Source: Trichinella spiralis (Eukaryota). Taken from it: DNA of 64,000 bases. The DNA is taken from contig NW_003526940.1 in assembly GCF_000181795.1 (NCBI RefSeq), positions 903,527 through 967,526 on the forward strand. The letters run 5' to 3'. The translations under genes and the position numbers were made by a program. A model generated the notes under the pieces. It did no database searches, was not told the DNA's origin, and worked only from the letters and a program-made list of their open reading frames with translations. Position 1 is the first letter of the stretch. The number at the start of each line of letters is the position of its first letter. Positions 51,201 through 64,000 of this stretch are shown here, piece by piece.

Positions 51201-54200
51201 TATGAAAAATAATATAGCTAATTAACAATCTAATCTAATGAATACATGTATTACGTTATTTCGATTTCATTAATTAATCCTATTTATATTATCTTTGACA
51301 CAATGTATGTATTTGATCCTTTGAGATATTTTTATTCTGAACTTAAAATGCTTGTTTCTCTTGTTATGTATTATGAAGTTTCTTGTAATTCTACTTTCAG
51401 CTTTTGATGAACTTTATTAATTAATATAATAATTGTTAACGTGCACATACTCACTGAACATCAAACGAGACGTGCTGAGGTGTTTGGTCTATCATGGCAG
51501 GAAGTGCTCTGTGCAGCACTACACCTGGCATAAATCACAGCATATGAGTGGCTGTTTCTGGTTGTCTAACAACACAAAAATTACCTGATAAGGGATAGGA
51601 CGTTTCATTGTAAAAACACTGAAGGATCTTTATCCTGCATTTTCCTGGTTCAGCAGAAATGTACTGCCACAGTTTGCTTTGTTCACTTCTTCGTATTTAC
51701 GTTGTTCATCGACAGTAAAATAAATACCAAGCCTGTGCATTCGTTTCAAATTTGACTTAAAAATTGGCCACAAATCTCTAAACGCTGCCAATTTATCACG
51801 TTGAAGCCGAAATTCACCGAAGGACTTATGAGCACCTACTGTTATCAGAATAAATGCATAGATTCTTGTTTCATTCGTCAATTTTCACTAGTCAGTGCAA
51901 TCAGCTAATTAGCTGCTCACAAATGTGCTTTTTTGTTAGCTTCTCTTAACTATTATGTCAACTATTTCTGAATATCTAATTTTAATAATCAGTGATTGTT
52001 TCGTTTTCAAAAATATTTAAATATATTCAGTAATTGTAAAAAATTACTTTAAAATTTATGTAACGAAGTTTATTGAATGAAATTAATTTAATCGCTGCAT
52101 TTTTAATCATTAATGGTTGTAATTTTAGCGTCTTTAGCGTATTTAAATGTTGTCCATATTCTAGTACCTGACTTGGCTGAAGAAGAAGAAGAAACTGAAA
52201 ACTATGAATGTGCAGAAACTTGTCAGTCCAGTGATAATGTAAAAGCTGATCAGAATAAAATAAATTTACGTGAAAAGAATCAAACAAGGTGAATGTGATT
52301 TGAAAATCATAAATCAAGCTAAAATTGACTTGAAATTTAACATTTCTTTCAAGGGATTGCGTGCAGATTGCTTATGATTCCATGAAGCATCAAATTTTAT
52401 GCAGAGCCTTCTATGGTTGTAAGTGTTGTTATGTTTGTTGTTGTCATTTTGAAAATAAGTTTGAAAAATGAAAATTTTTTAGGGCTGGCGTTTTGTAGAC
52501 ACATGAAAACATTACGAATTGATTTGTCTTCGATAATAAAAAAAAGCAGCATTCTCTTAGATAATGAAAATATCAACCAATACAATCTTCTAACAGAAGA
52601 TGATTGGATGAATTTCAAGCAGAATCGAAATGTAATAATGCAGTGTTGATAAGGCAAACATCGTTTTCAGACATATAAATATACATATATATATGTATAT
52701 ATAAGTGAATTTTAGGAAAGTAATGAAAATGAGTTTTTGATGCAAGTTTTCTTTGCTGGTTGTGATCCTTCAATAAGGAAAGAAGTGTGGCTTTATATTC
52801 TTGAAATTTACAATTGGAATGAGTCGGACAAAGAAACTGAAATGAAAATTGCCAATCTAAAATGTCAGTATCAAGATTTGGTCACCCAATGGACTGCGGT
52901 TGAGTCGATCGTACGTGAAAAAGACAAAGAAATGCTCGAATTGAGTATGTGGCATTTTCAAATGATACTTTTAAAATAATTATACGAAAAGCGGGAACGT
53001 CAGCAACGTTTGCAAGAAAAAGATTCCCTTATTGCAATTTTAAATATATTGTTAATCAATTTCAATTTTAGCTCGAAAATTTAACAAAAATAAACTAAGC
53101 TCGTATTCGGAAATTCCACTGGTATATTCAGAGTTCAGTCTCTCAAATGAAGTTTTCACCGAATCATTGGAAGAAAGCGGCAATCTGCAACCAAATTCTC
53201 AAAAATCTGACAGTCCCGTAGTCTGGTTGAGAAACATGAGTAGTGTTGCAAGTCAATTCAAAAAAACAAGCACTGATGAAGAAAGTGGCTATATTGGCAG
53301 TGGAGATTCGTCAAAGGCGTTTACATTTGATCATCCGCTGCCGGAGTCGCCTTCATCTCAACTAGATGATGCTGTACTGGCAAAAGCAAAAGAACCTGAA
53401 ATATACTATTCAGTAAGTTGGTGCAGTCGTTTGAAACTAGAAATCCAGTACAGTAGATATGCACAGTGCGGTGAAGTTTTTAAAAAATAAGAAACTGTTT
53501 TAATAATTTCAAAATAATGGAACTGAAGAAAATACTTTTGCATTACTATATTTCGCATAAATCAAAATTTGTTTGCTTAAAGTAGCAGTGTATTTTTTAA
53601 TTTAGAAAAATTTGATCGATTTGTTTACGCTGAATTTTCATCGAATTGAAAAAGATGTCCGACGTTGCGACAGAAATCATCCATACTTCAGTGAGGCTAA
53701 TTTGGAAAAGTTGAAAAACGTTTTGTGCAGGTTGAATGAATATTTTTGAAATTTTCCACAACACAAACTTCGAAATTCTTGTTTCAGTTATGTCTGGCAA
53801 CACCTTGAAGATGGATATGTTCAAGGAATGTGCGATTTGGCTGCACCGCTTTTAGTTGCATACGATGATGGTAATGATGTTTCTTTCGCTGGGATTGTTA
53901 ATTATAATTAGAATAAAAGTTTTTTGTTGTCGACAGAATTTTTGACATATTGTTGTTTCACCAAAATTATGCAAAGAATGGGTGACTTTTTTCATGGATT
54001 CGATCAAGCGATGGATTCGTGTCTTTCGTACGTTTCAAAACTGTTGCAGGTACGCCAAGGATATGACACATCAGGATGTTGAATTAATGAAACTTTCTTT
54101 AGATTATGGATCAGGAGCTGTTTGAAATGATGCGCTTGAATGATGATTTTACGCACTGCTACTTCTGCTATCGATGGTTTCTACTAGATTTCAAGAGAGG

Positions 54201-54605
54201 TATTTGTTGAAAAACAAAAAAAACAAAGATTTTCACCCTATGCTATTAGTTTGCAAAAACAAAAAATTACTGATAAAACAATTCGTTTAGAATTTACCTA
54301 CGAACATACGTTCAAAGTGTGGGAAGTGATCTGGACTGGCAATCGTCTGTTCACAAGCAATTTTTCCATCTTTGTAGCACTGGCGCTCATAGAAATGCAC
54401 CGAGACGTGTTGATAAAAAATTCCATGGATTTCCCAGGCGTAATTCGATTCTTCTCTGGTAGGAAAATTTAAAAAGCAAAACTTCCAATCCTATAAAATG
54501 ACGCTTTCTGTTTCCACAGATACGGCTGGTCAGCACAACGCGTCAGTTGTGCTAAATATAGCCAGAAAGTTGATAACTCGACTTGAAACACTACTTTATA
54601 CTTAA
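48244..54605 (+). CDS. Small G protein signalling modulator (SGSM1/2, TBC-8-like; RUN plus TBC Rab-GAP)
   Basis: [24 protein letters not shown]...[11 protein letters not shown] (RUN domain), [71 protein letters not shown]. Stop at 54603-54605. Confidence 0.92.
51575..51881 (-). mobile_element. piggyBac (PGBD-like) transposase relic in an SGSM intron
   Basis: [32 protein letters not shown], then after a frameshift [29 protein letters not shown]. This matches the piggyBac pattern ...VDE...QYxPxKPxKYGIK; the copy is internally deleted. Confidence 0.8.
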
Positions 54606-54772
54606 ACTTGATTGACAAAGCAAATCACCACCTCTCATCACCGTAGGTACCATATCAAATGTGCAGAAAATAAAATTACACAATGAATGAATTACATTTT
54701 TTCTGAATGCGTAAAATGTAATAAAGCAATTGAAAAAATAAAATGCTTCATTAAAGGAAAAAAATGAATGCT

Positions 54773-57700
54773 TCAAGACATCATTTCAGAATTACTGGAC
54801 ACCCCGTTGTTTGTTACCGGAAGGCGTGATTTCACATTTTCCAACATGTTCACCCGGAATACATTTACATTTGCCGTAAATCTATAAAACAGAAGCAACA
54901 TAACCAAGATGTTAAAAGAAAACACGGAAAACTACACAATTTACCTATCTTTGTTTCCTGAGGTCAAACTGTGCTCCACACCAATCATCAAGTCTTCGAA
55001 AAAATTCACCAAATGTACCTGCTCTTCCAAAGGGAAAGAACTGATCGTCTGCACTTTCCACTGGTTGAAAAATTGCTCTTGCAAAAGAATCAATCCCAAC
55101 AATGGACGAGACAATGACCACTGGCATCTGGAATCGTCGAACAAAACTTTATTCAATATGCTGACCATAATCTGAAAATATCCGTTTCGAGAATGATGGG
55201 AATTTTCAATTGCAATTTACATAATAAAACTTCCACACTTCCTGAATAACATCGGGATGTTGGCGGACCAATTTCAGGCAGTTGTCGTTTTCTGCTGGCA
55301 ATGTGGTTTGAGTTGTTGTCCATCCGATCTGCTGCTGAACACGGCGCAAACGTTGGTGGAGATAATCGACAAAATTGTCCAAAGAACTACAGCAGCAAGT
55401 TGCCACGTTCGTATCTTAAAATTATCAGTTAAAAAATTATCAAAAATTATGCAACCATTAATATACCAAAAGAACCGATGCCGTCGAGAAGTCTTCGTAG
55501 CAGGAAAATTTGCAATTCCACCTCCAAATTTGCAAAACAGACAATAATATTCTGTGTAGAACTTTCAATTACCATGTAAAAAGCTTCGGCAAGTTTCGGA
55601 TACTCCTGAATGCATGCATCGTTATCAAACTCGTTACAAAATTGAACAACGACAATGAGAATACACGTACAGACAAATTTGTTTGTGAAATGCAAATGGC
55701 CATTTGAACAAACTTTTGATACAGCACATCTACACTTGAATCACCGAAAAGATAAAACACTCCAAAATTCAAATATTGGCCGACGAAAAGTTTTCTGAGC
55801 ATTCGAAAGCACAGCAAAAATCCTTTCAAACGCATTTCATAAACGTGCTGTTCAAGAATATCCTGAATATTGAGGATATTTTCGACTAGAAGAGAATAAA
55901 AATATGGTGCAAAATTGATGCAAAAATTTCCACATACAACATTGTATTACCATAAGTTTTCACTATATTTGTAATTTCTTTAAAAATCAAATAACCATAC
56001 GGACAGCTGACTTTGAAATTCATACGAGCACTTCGATTATCACACAATTCTATGCAAAATCGAAAAATTGGAGATACCAAATCGTGGTCAGTAGACCAAA
56101 ACTGCAAAATGATTTTTCAATAATTATTTTTTAAACTGAAATTAAGAATGTTCAGCATACTTTGATCGCTTTGTTGAAAATGAAAAACACAGTGGGATAT
56201 CTAAATTGTTTTGTAAAAATAATTGAAATTCAAAATAAAATTATAAAGTTTATTACATTTGTTGAAAAACTCTAGTGAATGCTAAATTGCTACTGCAGGC
56301 CAATAGAATACCTCGCAAATCTCGTCCAAGGCCAATCACAGAACGCTGGAAAACACACACGCACACATAAAGATACGAACAGAGAGAGAGTATAAAATTT
56401 TCATTTACCTTTGATCGTTCTTCCTGCAAAGCAGAACTGTCGCTCACTTTAAAAATTTCTTCAAGTCCAGCGATCACGTCTACAAAAATAAAAAATCAAA
56501 TTCTTCATCCGCCCTTCATAAAGAAGGTAATTTATTGAAAAAAAAACATAAATTTTTATCTCTGTGGTATTTTACCTTTAAATGGTGCCAAAAGTCGATT
56601 AAATTCTTCTTCAACATTTTCACCACAAGTAAGGTTGACCAAACGACTGAGCGTGAAATAAAATTGCGTTCTCAGTTTCATTGTTTTAATGTCCACATCA
56701 AGTCCCAAAAGTGGAAAATGCTGAGCCTGAAAAATTTTTCAAAGCATCCTTCGTTATATATTTATTAAATTTTAATATCCAAACAATAAATTGCTTTTCA
56801 GTCACCGTGTGGTTGTTCATGAGAAAGTTGACATCTTGGAGTGTTGAAACAATTTTGGCGGCCGAATAGCCGTCAGAAAGATTATCTATAAGTTTCATCG
56901 AATCCGAAAGAAGCGTCTGATTTCCGGTAAAGTTTTTCAAATTTTGAATTCTAAAAATTCATAACATCACTGCCAATAACAAGCAAAGCATGGAAAAGTT
57001 CCTCACGTACGCTTTGCGAACAAGTATTGTCAGCAGTGCGGTTTCATCCGTAACGCCCAAAACATTGCTCAACTTTTGAAATACCTAAAAATGAACAATT
57101 TTTATAAAATTTGAATGAAAAATATTAATTAATTCAAAATAACCTTTGACATCCTACGAGAAGTGTCACTAACGTAAACTTTACGAAAACATTCCAAAAA
57201 CCACAAATAGCTGGATTCCAATCTAGCAGAGCCCCGCCGTTGAGCAAGAACAGCATCGGTCAATCGCATCAATTGCAAAACTCTGAAATGGATGGAACAA
57301 AATGTTCAAAAATTGTACAAATACAATATAAAATACCGGCAAATCAAGTCAGCTTCTATCTGTTCCACCTCGTCCAACGTTGTACCACCACTACGTTCAG
57401 TCAACAATCCCCCAATTATGTAAATAAGCCAAGTCAATTTGTCTGAAAATTATTGAATTGATCAATTATTTAAAAAAATAATACATTCTATTATTATAAA
57501 AGTGCAACTACTTTCGAGAATAGTGGCTTGTATCCCGATTGATAAATTCTGAGAAACGGCAATATTGTAAGCACTAGCCTGTTCATCAAACAAACGAATA
57601 ATCACAGCATACGACTTTCTATACTGATATCGACAAATCTTTGACAACTGCTCCACATGATCGATAACAGTTATTACACTATCCAATGGATCTTCTTCAA

Positions 57701-60652
57701 TAGTTGAGCTAAAAAAGCGTACAAAAAAAGGAACAAAATGATAATTAACACTTCATTACAAAATCATATTAAAAAATTAATTATTATTCATACTTTGCTA
57801 CGGCATCAACAATTAACATTCGTGATTCCAGGTATGCCTCTGCTATCACTGGAGCATAATTTTCAATTTCACTTCTTTCACCCATTCTGACATACGAAAT
57901 GCTGTCGACCACTCTTTTCCAAAACATCAACAAATAATATATACTGTTCTGACGTATGTTCACCATCTGATAAAAAACGTTTAAACATACATATTTTATC
58001 ACAAAAATTAACAATTTTACCCTCAAACTGTTAATTGTAAATTGAGTCACTTTAGAAATGAAATCACCATAGTTTTCACTTTTCACTATTTCGTTAAGCT
58101 GATGGCAACTTTTCAAGCGGCAAATCAAAAGACACACTTCGTGATAAAATTCTTGATCAGAAAATATCTATTCACAAAAAATTATAATATTAAGTGACAA
58201 AAAAATGTGCAACAAATATGCGGCCTACTTGAGAACTGGACAGCACATGCCTTATGACATCGATTATATGCTGCAAAAATTGCGTACGTTCTGGCGACAT
58301 GAGAAAAGCTCTTCGCAAACATGCCAGTTGAGTGAGGCAAGCAATGATCTGAAATTTCATCACGTACAAAAACGGAGAATAAATTTAAATATTACTAAAA
58401 GCGTCGTTGAACGCTTTTCAACGAAGTTTTACAGCACAAATTTATTTCAACTATTCATACAACAAAATTTACAAATCTATTATTACTGTGTAAAAATTAT
58501 CGAGAAATTTTTTTCACATGAAAAATATCATCAAAAGAATAAAAAATAACTTGTCAATCAAAAACATACTGTAGAACCGAACTGTGGAAAGCGAACAAGC
58601 ATCGTCTTATATAGTGGAACAACCTCCAGTTGAATAAACGCTAAAAAAATATTAGATCAATTTACTTGAAATGAATGGTAAAATTATTCGTGAAAATCAC
58701 TTACTTGACCGCCAAGAATCTGGGATTGCTATGATTAAATTGTCATCAGATGCCTCTTCACCGGAAGAATTGTTAAAATCATAGTTGAGGCAATTCATAG
58801 AAAGTTGAAGTAAATTTTTAAGCAATCCCTCCTAAATTAAAATCAAAAAAATCTTAAAATCCATTTGATATAGAATGTCTTAGTATTGAACTTCAAAATA
58901 TTCAAAAAAGAAAGCAAACGAAAATCTACAATATAATTGTTCCAACAATGTAAAATTTCTAACGGATATTTAAGAAAAATTATTTAATAAAAGGCAAGAA
59001 ATACCTGATTCACATCGATAGGACTTCCAGTCGGGATATTTATCAAAACTCTGCGTAGTAAAGTTATGCTGAGCTTGTAAATATCGAAAAGAAATGTGTC
59101 GCGAAAAGAAAACATAGTTTTCCTTCTCTTTCGCATTAAAGTCACGCCAGTACGCTATAATATGAATAAATTATGCAAAACAGCTCTGGTACAATATTGC
59201 ATTTTTCAAAAAATTACACAAACATACTTCGCACATTTCAACTACTAAGTTACTGAGTAGTTGAATTGCTTTCGGACACATGTCAGATAATTCCTGAAAC
59301 ATAGGCAAGACAAAAATATCAGCTTTCACATTTGAATAAATAAACAAACAACTACCTCTGCTATTTTCATTATTTCTTTAACTGCTGTTTGAAAAACCAA
59401 TTCTCCATTAGCGTCTTCATCAAACCAAGATATGCGAATAATTCGACTAATTAGCTGAAAACAGAGCTGAAAATAATATCACCTTATAGTAATTGATAAT
59501 GAACAATCAATACAGTGCAAAACGATGGAATCACGACAGATTCTAAATCTTTATGTGAAAACATGAAATTCAATAAGTAAGTTCCTGAAATGCAAATTAA
59601 AAAAACAAATCAAAACATTGTTACAATTCAAAAAAAATTTTTTACGAAGTTTTAGACGTTGTTCATTAGTAAGACTGCCGTTTCGACCAAGCAGATTCAG
59701 TAAGGTTGCCACCGCAACAAATCGGCAACATTCATCCTTAAAAAGCTTTCAAATTAAAAAAATTACAATCAGCATATAAATTACAATAATAAAAATCAAA
59801 TATACACTCTCCATCAACATGATGCATTTCTCAAAGCAATCATTGCTAAGAGCAAATTCAAACAACATTTTGTCGGCTACATTACGCCGAGCAGGATCGG
59901 GAGACTGATACAATTCATGGCAAGCAACTCGTAAATGCTAAATAAAAAAAGAAACTCCCAATCATGTAGGAATAATAGTTAAATTTTACTATAAATATTT
60001 ATTTAAATGGATTAACATCTAAACTGAAACATTTTTTAGAGCTTTGAAGAAATAATTCATTAACCCTCGAATTAGCAGTGGGAGGGGGGGGGGGTAAACC
60101 CCTCTCTCATTTAAACCGGATCAACTTAATGTCGACGCTATGAACTCGCTTGACATTTTCAGTAGCTTCCTTTTGAACAATTTAATTTTATAAAAAAAAT
60201 AATGAAAGCTTCTTTCGAGTGACTCAACAAGAAATATTTGGCCCATAGTCAGCTGCAAGCAATAGAACAAGCATGTGCTAATAATATTTCTGAAAATCCA
60301 CTTTAGCATTTCTTCAAGTTTTAACTTAAATTTTGACCGATAAGCCAACTAAACTCATAACCAATCATCTCATCAAACCATCATAAAATAATAAAAATCT
60401 ACAACAAATCCAAATTAAACTTGATTATCAATTAGCTACAAGCTAAAATGAGCCATATTTTTGGAAAAAAGGCTCAACCATTTCATTTTAATTTTTAATA
60501 GCTATCCCAAAGAAAAGACAGAACAGTCAAAACTACCAGATTCACATGTTTCTTTTGAATTTCAAAAAAAACATTTAAACCAAAAAAACTAAAATTTTCC
60601 GACTATAATTATTCATAAAACTTACTTCAATTTCGTAAACCGAACCAGCCAT
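54773..60652 (-). CDS. XPO7: Exportin-7 / RanBP16-17 family (multi-exon)
   Basis: MAGSVYEIE|HLRVACHELYQSPDPARR N-terminus, FSFRDTFL, CLNYDF...IPDSWR, HEVCLLICRLK, FRKVYV, GLGRDLRGI, YLNFGVFYLFGD, CCSSLD, CQWSLSRPLLGLIL. Stop at 54773-54775. Confidence 0.93.
60060..60110 (+). mobile_element. Possible piggyBac-type terminus in XPO7 intron 1
   Basis: TTAA followed by CCCTCGAATTAGCAGTGGG and a G-run, with an abrupt composition change. No partner end found. Confidence 0.3.
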
Positions 60653-63600
60653 GTCAACAAGCCTAAAAAAACATTGTCTCTTTATAAGCTGAAATTTCAA
60701 AAATCGTTAGAAATCTCTATTTATTAGCCAAAATTTGAGTACCAATGCTATTGCATATTTTTTTAAGAAATCGATGTAAATAGATGTTGAAAAAATTTTG
60801 TGGTAACACGTTGAAACGCTTGAAAAACTTGCCAAAAATATGAAAGTAAAAAAATGATATATTTGCATTAAAAGGCAAAATAAAGTTGAGGTAAAAGTAA
60901 AAATTTCAAAAAACATATTTCCAGAAATATATAATATAATCTAAGTATACGCTACATGAGATAATCAAAAATCGTATGTAATAAAATCAGAGTAATATGA
61001 TGAACAATTACATTTATTCATTTAAACAATAATAATAAAAGTATAAAAAGTGCATAAATTATGTAAAAAGGTAGCATAATATAAATTAACCTTTAATTTT
61101 TTTTCTAAAACAGAAAATGTAATGCTGACTTCCGTTTTAACTACTATCAGAAGAATACAGTTCTACGATTAAACATACTTTTCACGAAAATAACATAATC
61201 AAGCATCTTACTAAAAAAATTATCTATAACATTTTAGAAAATTACATATAAAAGTGATGACTAAAAATAAAAACTTACAGCTTGTGAACAAGTGAAAGTA
61301 GTTGATTTTTTTTGAGTATTACTGTAACTATCAGGTACAATTTATATTGCTAATACAAATCGGAATCTTACCAAATTTACATGTTTAACTGCATGAACAT
61401 TACTTGAAAAATTTAAGAAAAATGCAATTAAAAAAAATAATTTAATTTTTAAATGCATATATTGTCAGACATATTTTAAAATGTATGCTGAAAACTTTCA
61501 GCAGTGCATTATTACAAATTTAAAAAATAATTTTCAGTAATTAATTTAAAATATTAAAAAAAATAAACTATTTCCAAAAATAGTTTCAATTTTGAACAAA
61601 TTTTTCATAAAAATATGTCAATATTTTAAAATCGTTGTTGAATGTTAATGGTGAAAAATAAACCGAATACTAAACTTCCTTTTATAATTGAAAAAAGATT
61701 TTTGAAATTAAAAAGTAAAAAAGGGAAATTTTGTGTGTAATTTATTTTTGGTAAAATACTTATTGATTATTTTATATTTTAGCAGTTTTGATGAGCAATG
61801 GTTGAAAAAAGTTTTTTAATAAATAGATGATTGATGAGTGAGGAGGATATTCAAATTGAAATTATTTTCACATTAATTTCAGGTGTTTTTCAGTTCAAAT
61901 AAACTTCATTATCTAATCAACGTCACTGCTGATGTAAATTTGCTTGTGTTGATGTAGCTGGAAAAGATTTTCTTTCTGACAAAATAGTATTGGTGATCAA
62001 CAAAGCGATATCTCTACTTTTTAGTGAGCGTGATTAAATTGATTTTCTAATGCGCTATACTTTTGATGGAAATTTTCAAAAGTTGAAATCTAAATCCTAT
62101 TATCGGTGAAAAGCTATAATAAATTGTTTGCTAATATGTCACTTTCCACTTACTGCAGCATCAAGTAATCATATATTACTAATCTTTCACCCCGTGCTTG
62201 TAATTAATTGATTTACTGAAAATATTATTGTTTTAAGCGAGAACGTTTCTATTTTTTTAAAATAAAATTTTAATAAATAAATATATATATAATTTAAAGA
62301 TAATACAACATTAATTTTTTCCCATTCAGTGCAATTTCTACAAGATGAATTATCTTGTAACTAAATCTTATTATAATTGCTGCTGTATCATTTTGCATGC
62401 ATATTTGATTTATGTAAAAAAATTATTTTTTTCTATCCACTGAAGATGAATAAAATTGATTTAAAATTTTCATTTCTATAACTGATTTAAGTTAGATTAA
62501 AACGTTCCTTTCAGTGAGTTCATGACTCTTTGCATATGTGATAAATGCTCATTAATAACAGAGATTTTTGTTCAACAGGAAATAAACTTAGCAACTGGAC
62601 CTAGTCTTGCCCATGCGGTAACAGAAGGTAAAATGGTTTTGATTTTGTATTGCAAAATAATTGCAGCCATAATAGACTTTAGAAATTTTAAAGTAAGTAT
62701 TTAGATAATATTTGCAAATTTTTATTTTGTTTTTTTTAATTAAAATTGAACTAAAAATTTATCTAATGTTAATATTTGAAAATCTATGCAATTTTAATAT
62801 TGCAGAACGTTTACTGATTTCATTTGATGTTTCACTTTAAATTTATTCAATGAATAAATGAATAGATTGAGAAATTTACTTTTATTCTTGCTTATAACTT
62901 TTGCAAAATACACTTTGTTTAAATTTAAAATTTATAAAATTACATTAAAAGCAAATTGTTCAACATTCTAAACAATGATACTTTGTTCAAATGTCGAAAA
63001 GCTTTTGTTTATCCAATTATAAATAAAATAGCTGCCGTCCGTATCATGTTAGAATTTGTGTTTCTTCTTTTTTGTTAATTTTCAATTGCAAAATGTGAAA
63101 TGTAAGAAGGTTGTTTTTGAAAATTTTGATCAATTTTGAACAGACATTTGATTTGAAAAGGATGAATGTTAAAATTAATTAAATATGTAAATTTCCGAGT
63201 TTAATTATACTCTTTATTGAATAACTGAGATGTTTCACTAACCAGCTGAATGATGATGACAAGCAGTGTGCCATTTTCCATTGCAACTGAAACTAAACAA
63301 TTGTCCAGTCAATCTGAATCACATAAGGCTGATTTGGCAAAAATCAAATCAATCCTATCAATTTGATTTCAATGGAATCTGGCGTTTATGACATTTTCTC
63401 TCATATCATGTTTTATTTTTCAAGGTGTTGTTTTATTTTCCTTTCAAAGATGTTCGATTAGGAATTAAATTGCAAAGTCCAGCTGATGAACAAAATGGTC
63501 ATCCGATCTATGTTGTATTGTGTTGAGATTTATTTCTGGAAATTAGTTTTCAGCATTTTTCGTTAAAGTTGTGAATGGCATTAAATTACCACTTGGGATG

Positions 63601-64000
63601 ATTCATATTGTTCAACCGCTGCCAACATTTCATCATAAGTCATTTTTATTTTTATCATCGCGAACAAGCGTTTCAATATAGCTTGTATAGCCTGCTGGAA
63701 ATGTAATTTCCATATTTGAAGCATTATTGGCAATTTGAAACACTGGAATGAATTAATAACCATTTTAGTTAGCAATTCACCAATGTTAACCTGAGGAAGA
63801 AACCCATATTGGCGTATTATCCGGCTTGCTGTTCAGTTTTATCGATTGGAAAAGCTGACAACAGTTTAATTGTTATAAAGAAGCGGTGTAGTGTGACTTA
63901 ACCGCTAATTTCTGATCTTGATTTGAATTTCAACAATTGATTGCAACTGCATGATGACTTCTGAAAAGTAAGAAGCTTTTAAGCAGGTGTCTGTTTGATG

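Noticed and set aside
1..64000. CRISPR arrays, rRNA or prokaryotic operons
   Set aside because: Spliceosomal eukaryotic genes throughout; only simple microsatellites (CA, TTC, TGA, AGG) and no repeat-spacer periodicity.

Overview
AT-rich, intron-rich eukaryotic draft scaffold with five N-gaps. Short introns, TTTCAG-type acceptors and gene content suggest a nematode, most likely clade I such as Trichinella (inference). From left to right it holds: a decayed BEL/Pao LTR retrotransposon, a tRNA-Val(CAC), a 1.27-kb redundant copy of an intron segment, a partial multi-Ig adhesion gene, a GABA-gated chloride channel locus, TFIIB, a Patched-related gene, head-to-head MAK16 and DCAF13, an RSKR/SGK494-like kinase, an SGSM/TBC-8-like gene with an intronic piggyBac relic, and exportin-7. 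The most interesting locus is the GABA receptor. Five shared 5' exons can splice in frame to either of two complete three-exon C-terminal cassettes (unc-49-type architecture), and the cassettes differ at pore-lining M2 residues. A 20-nt intronic element 54 nt after the shared donor can form about 19 bp with an element 46 nt before the distal cassette acceptor, 2.2 kb away. A weaker partner sits at the equivalent position before the proximal cassette. This looks like a docking-site/selector RNA-pairing switch for cassette choice. Exon boundaries and base pairings were read by eye; no searches or folding calculations were run.
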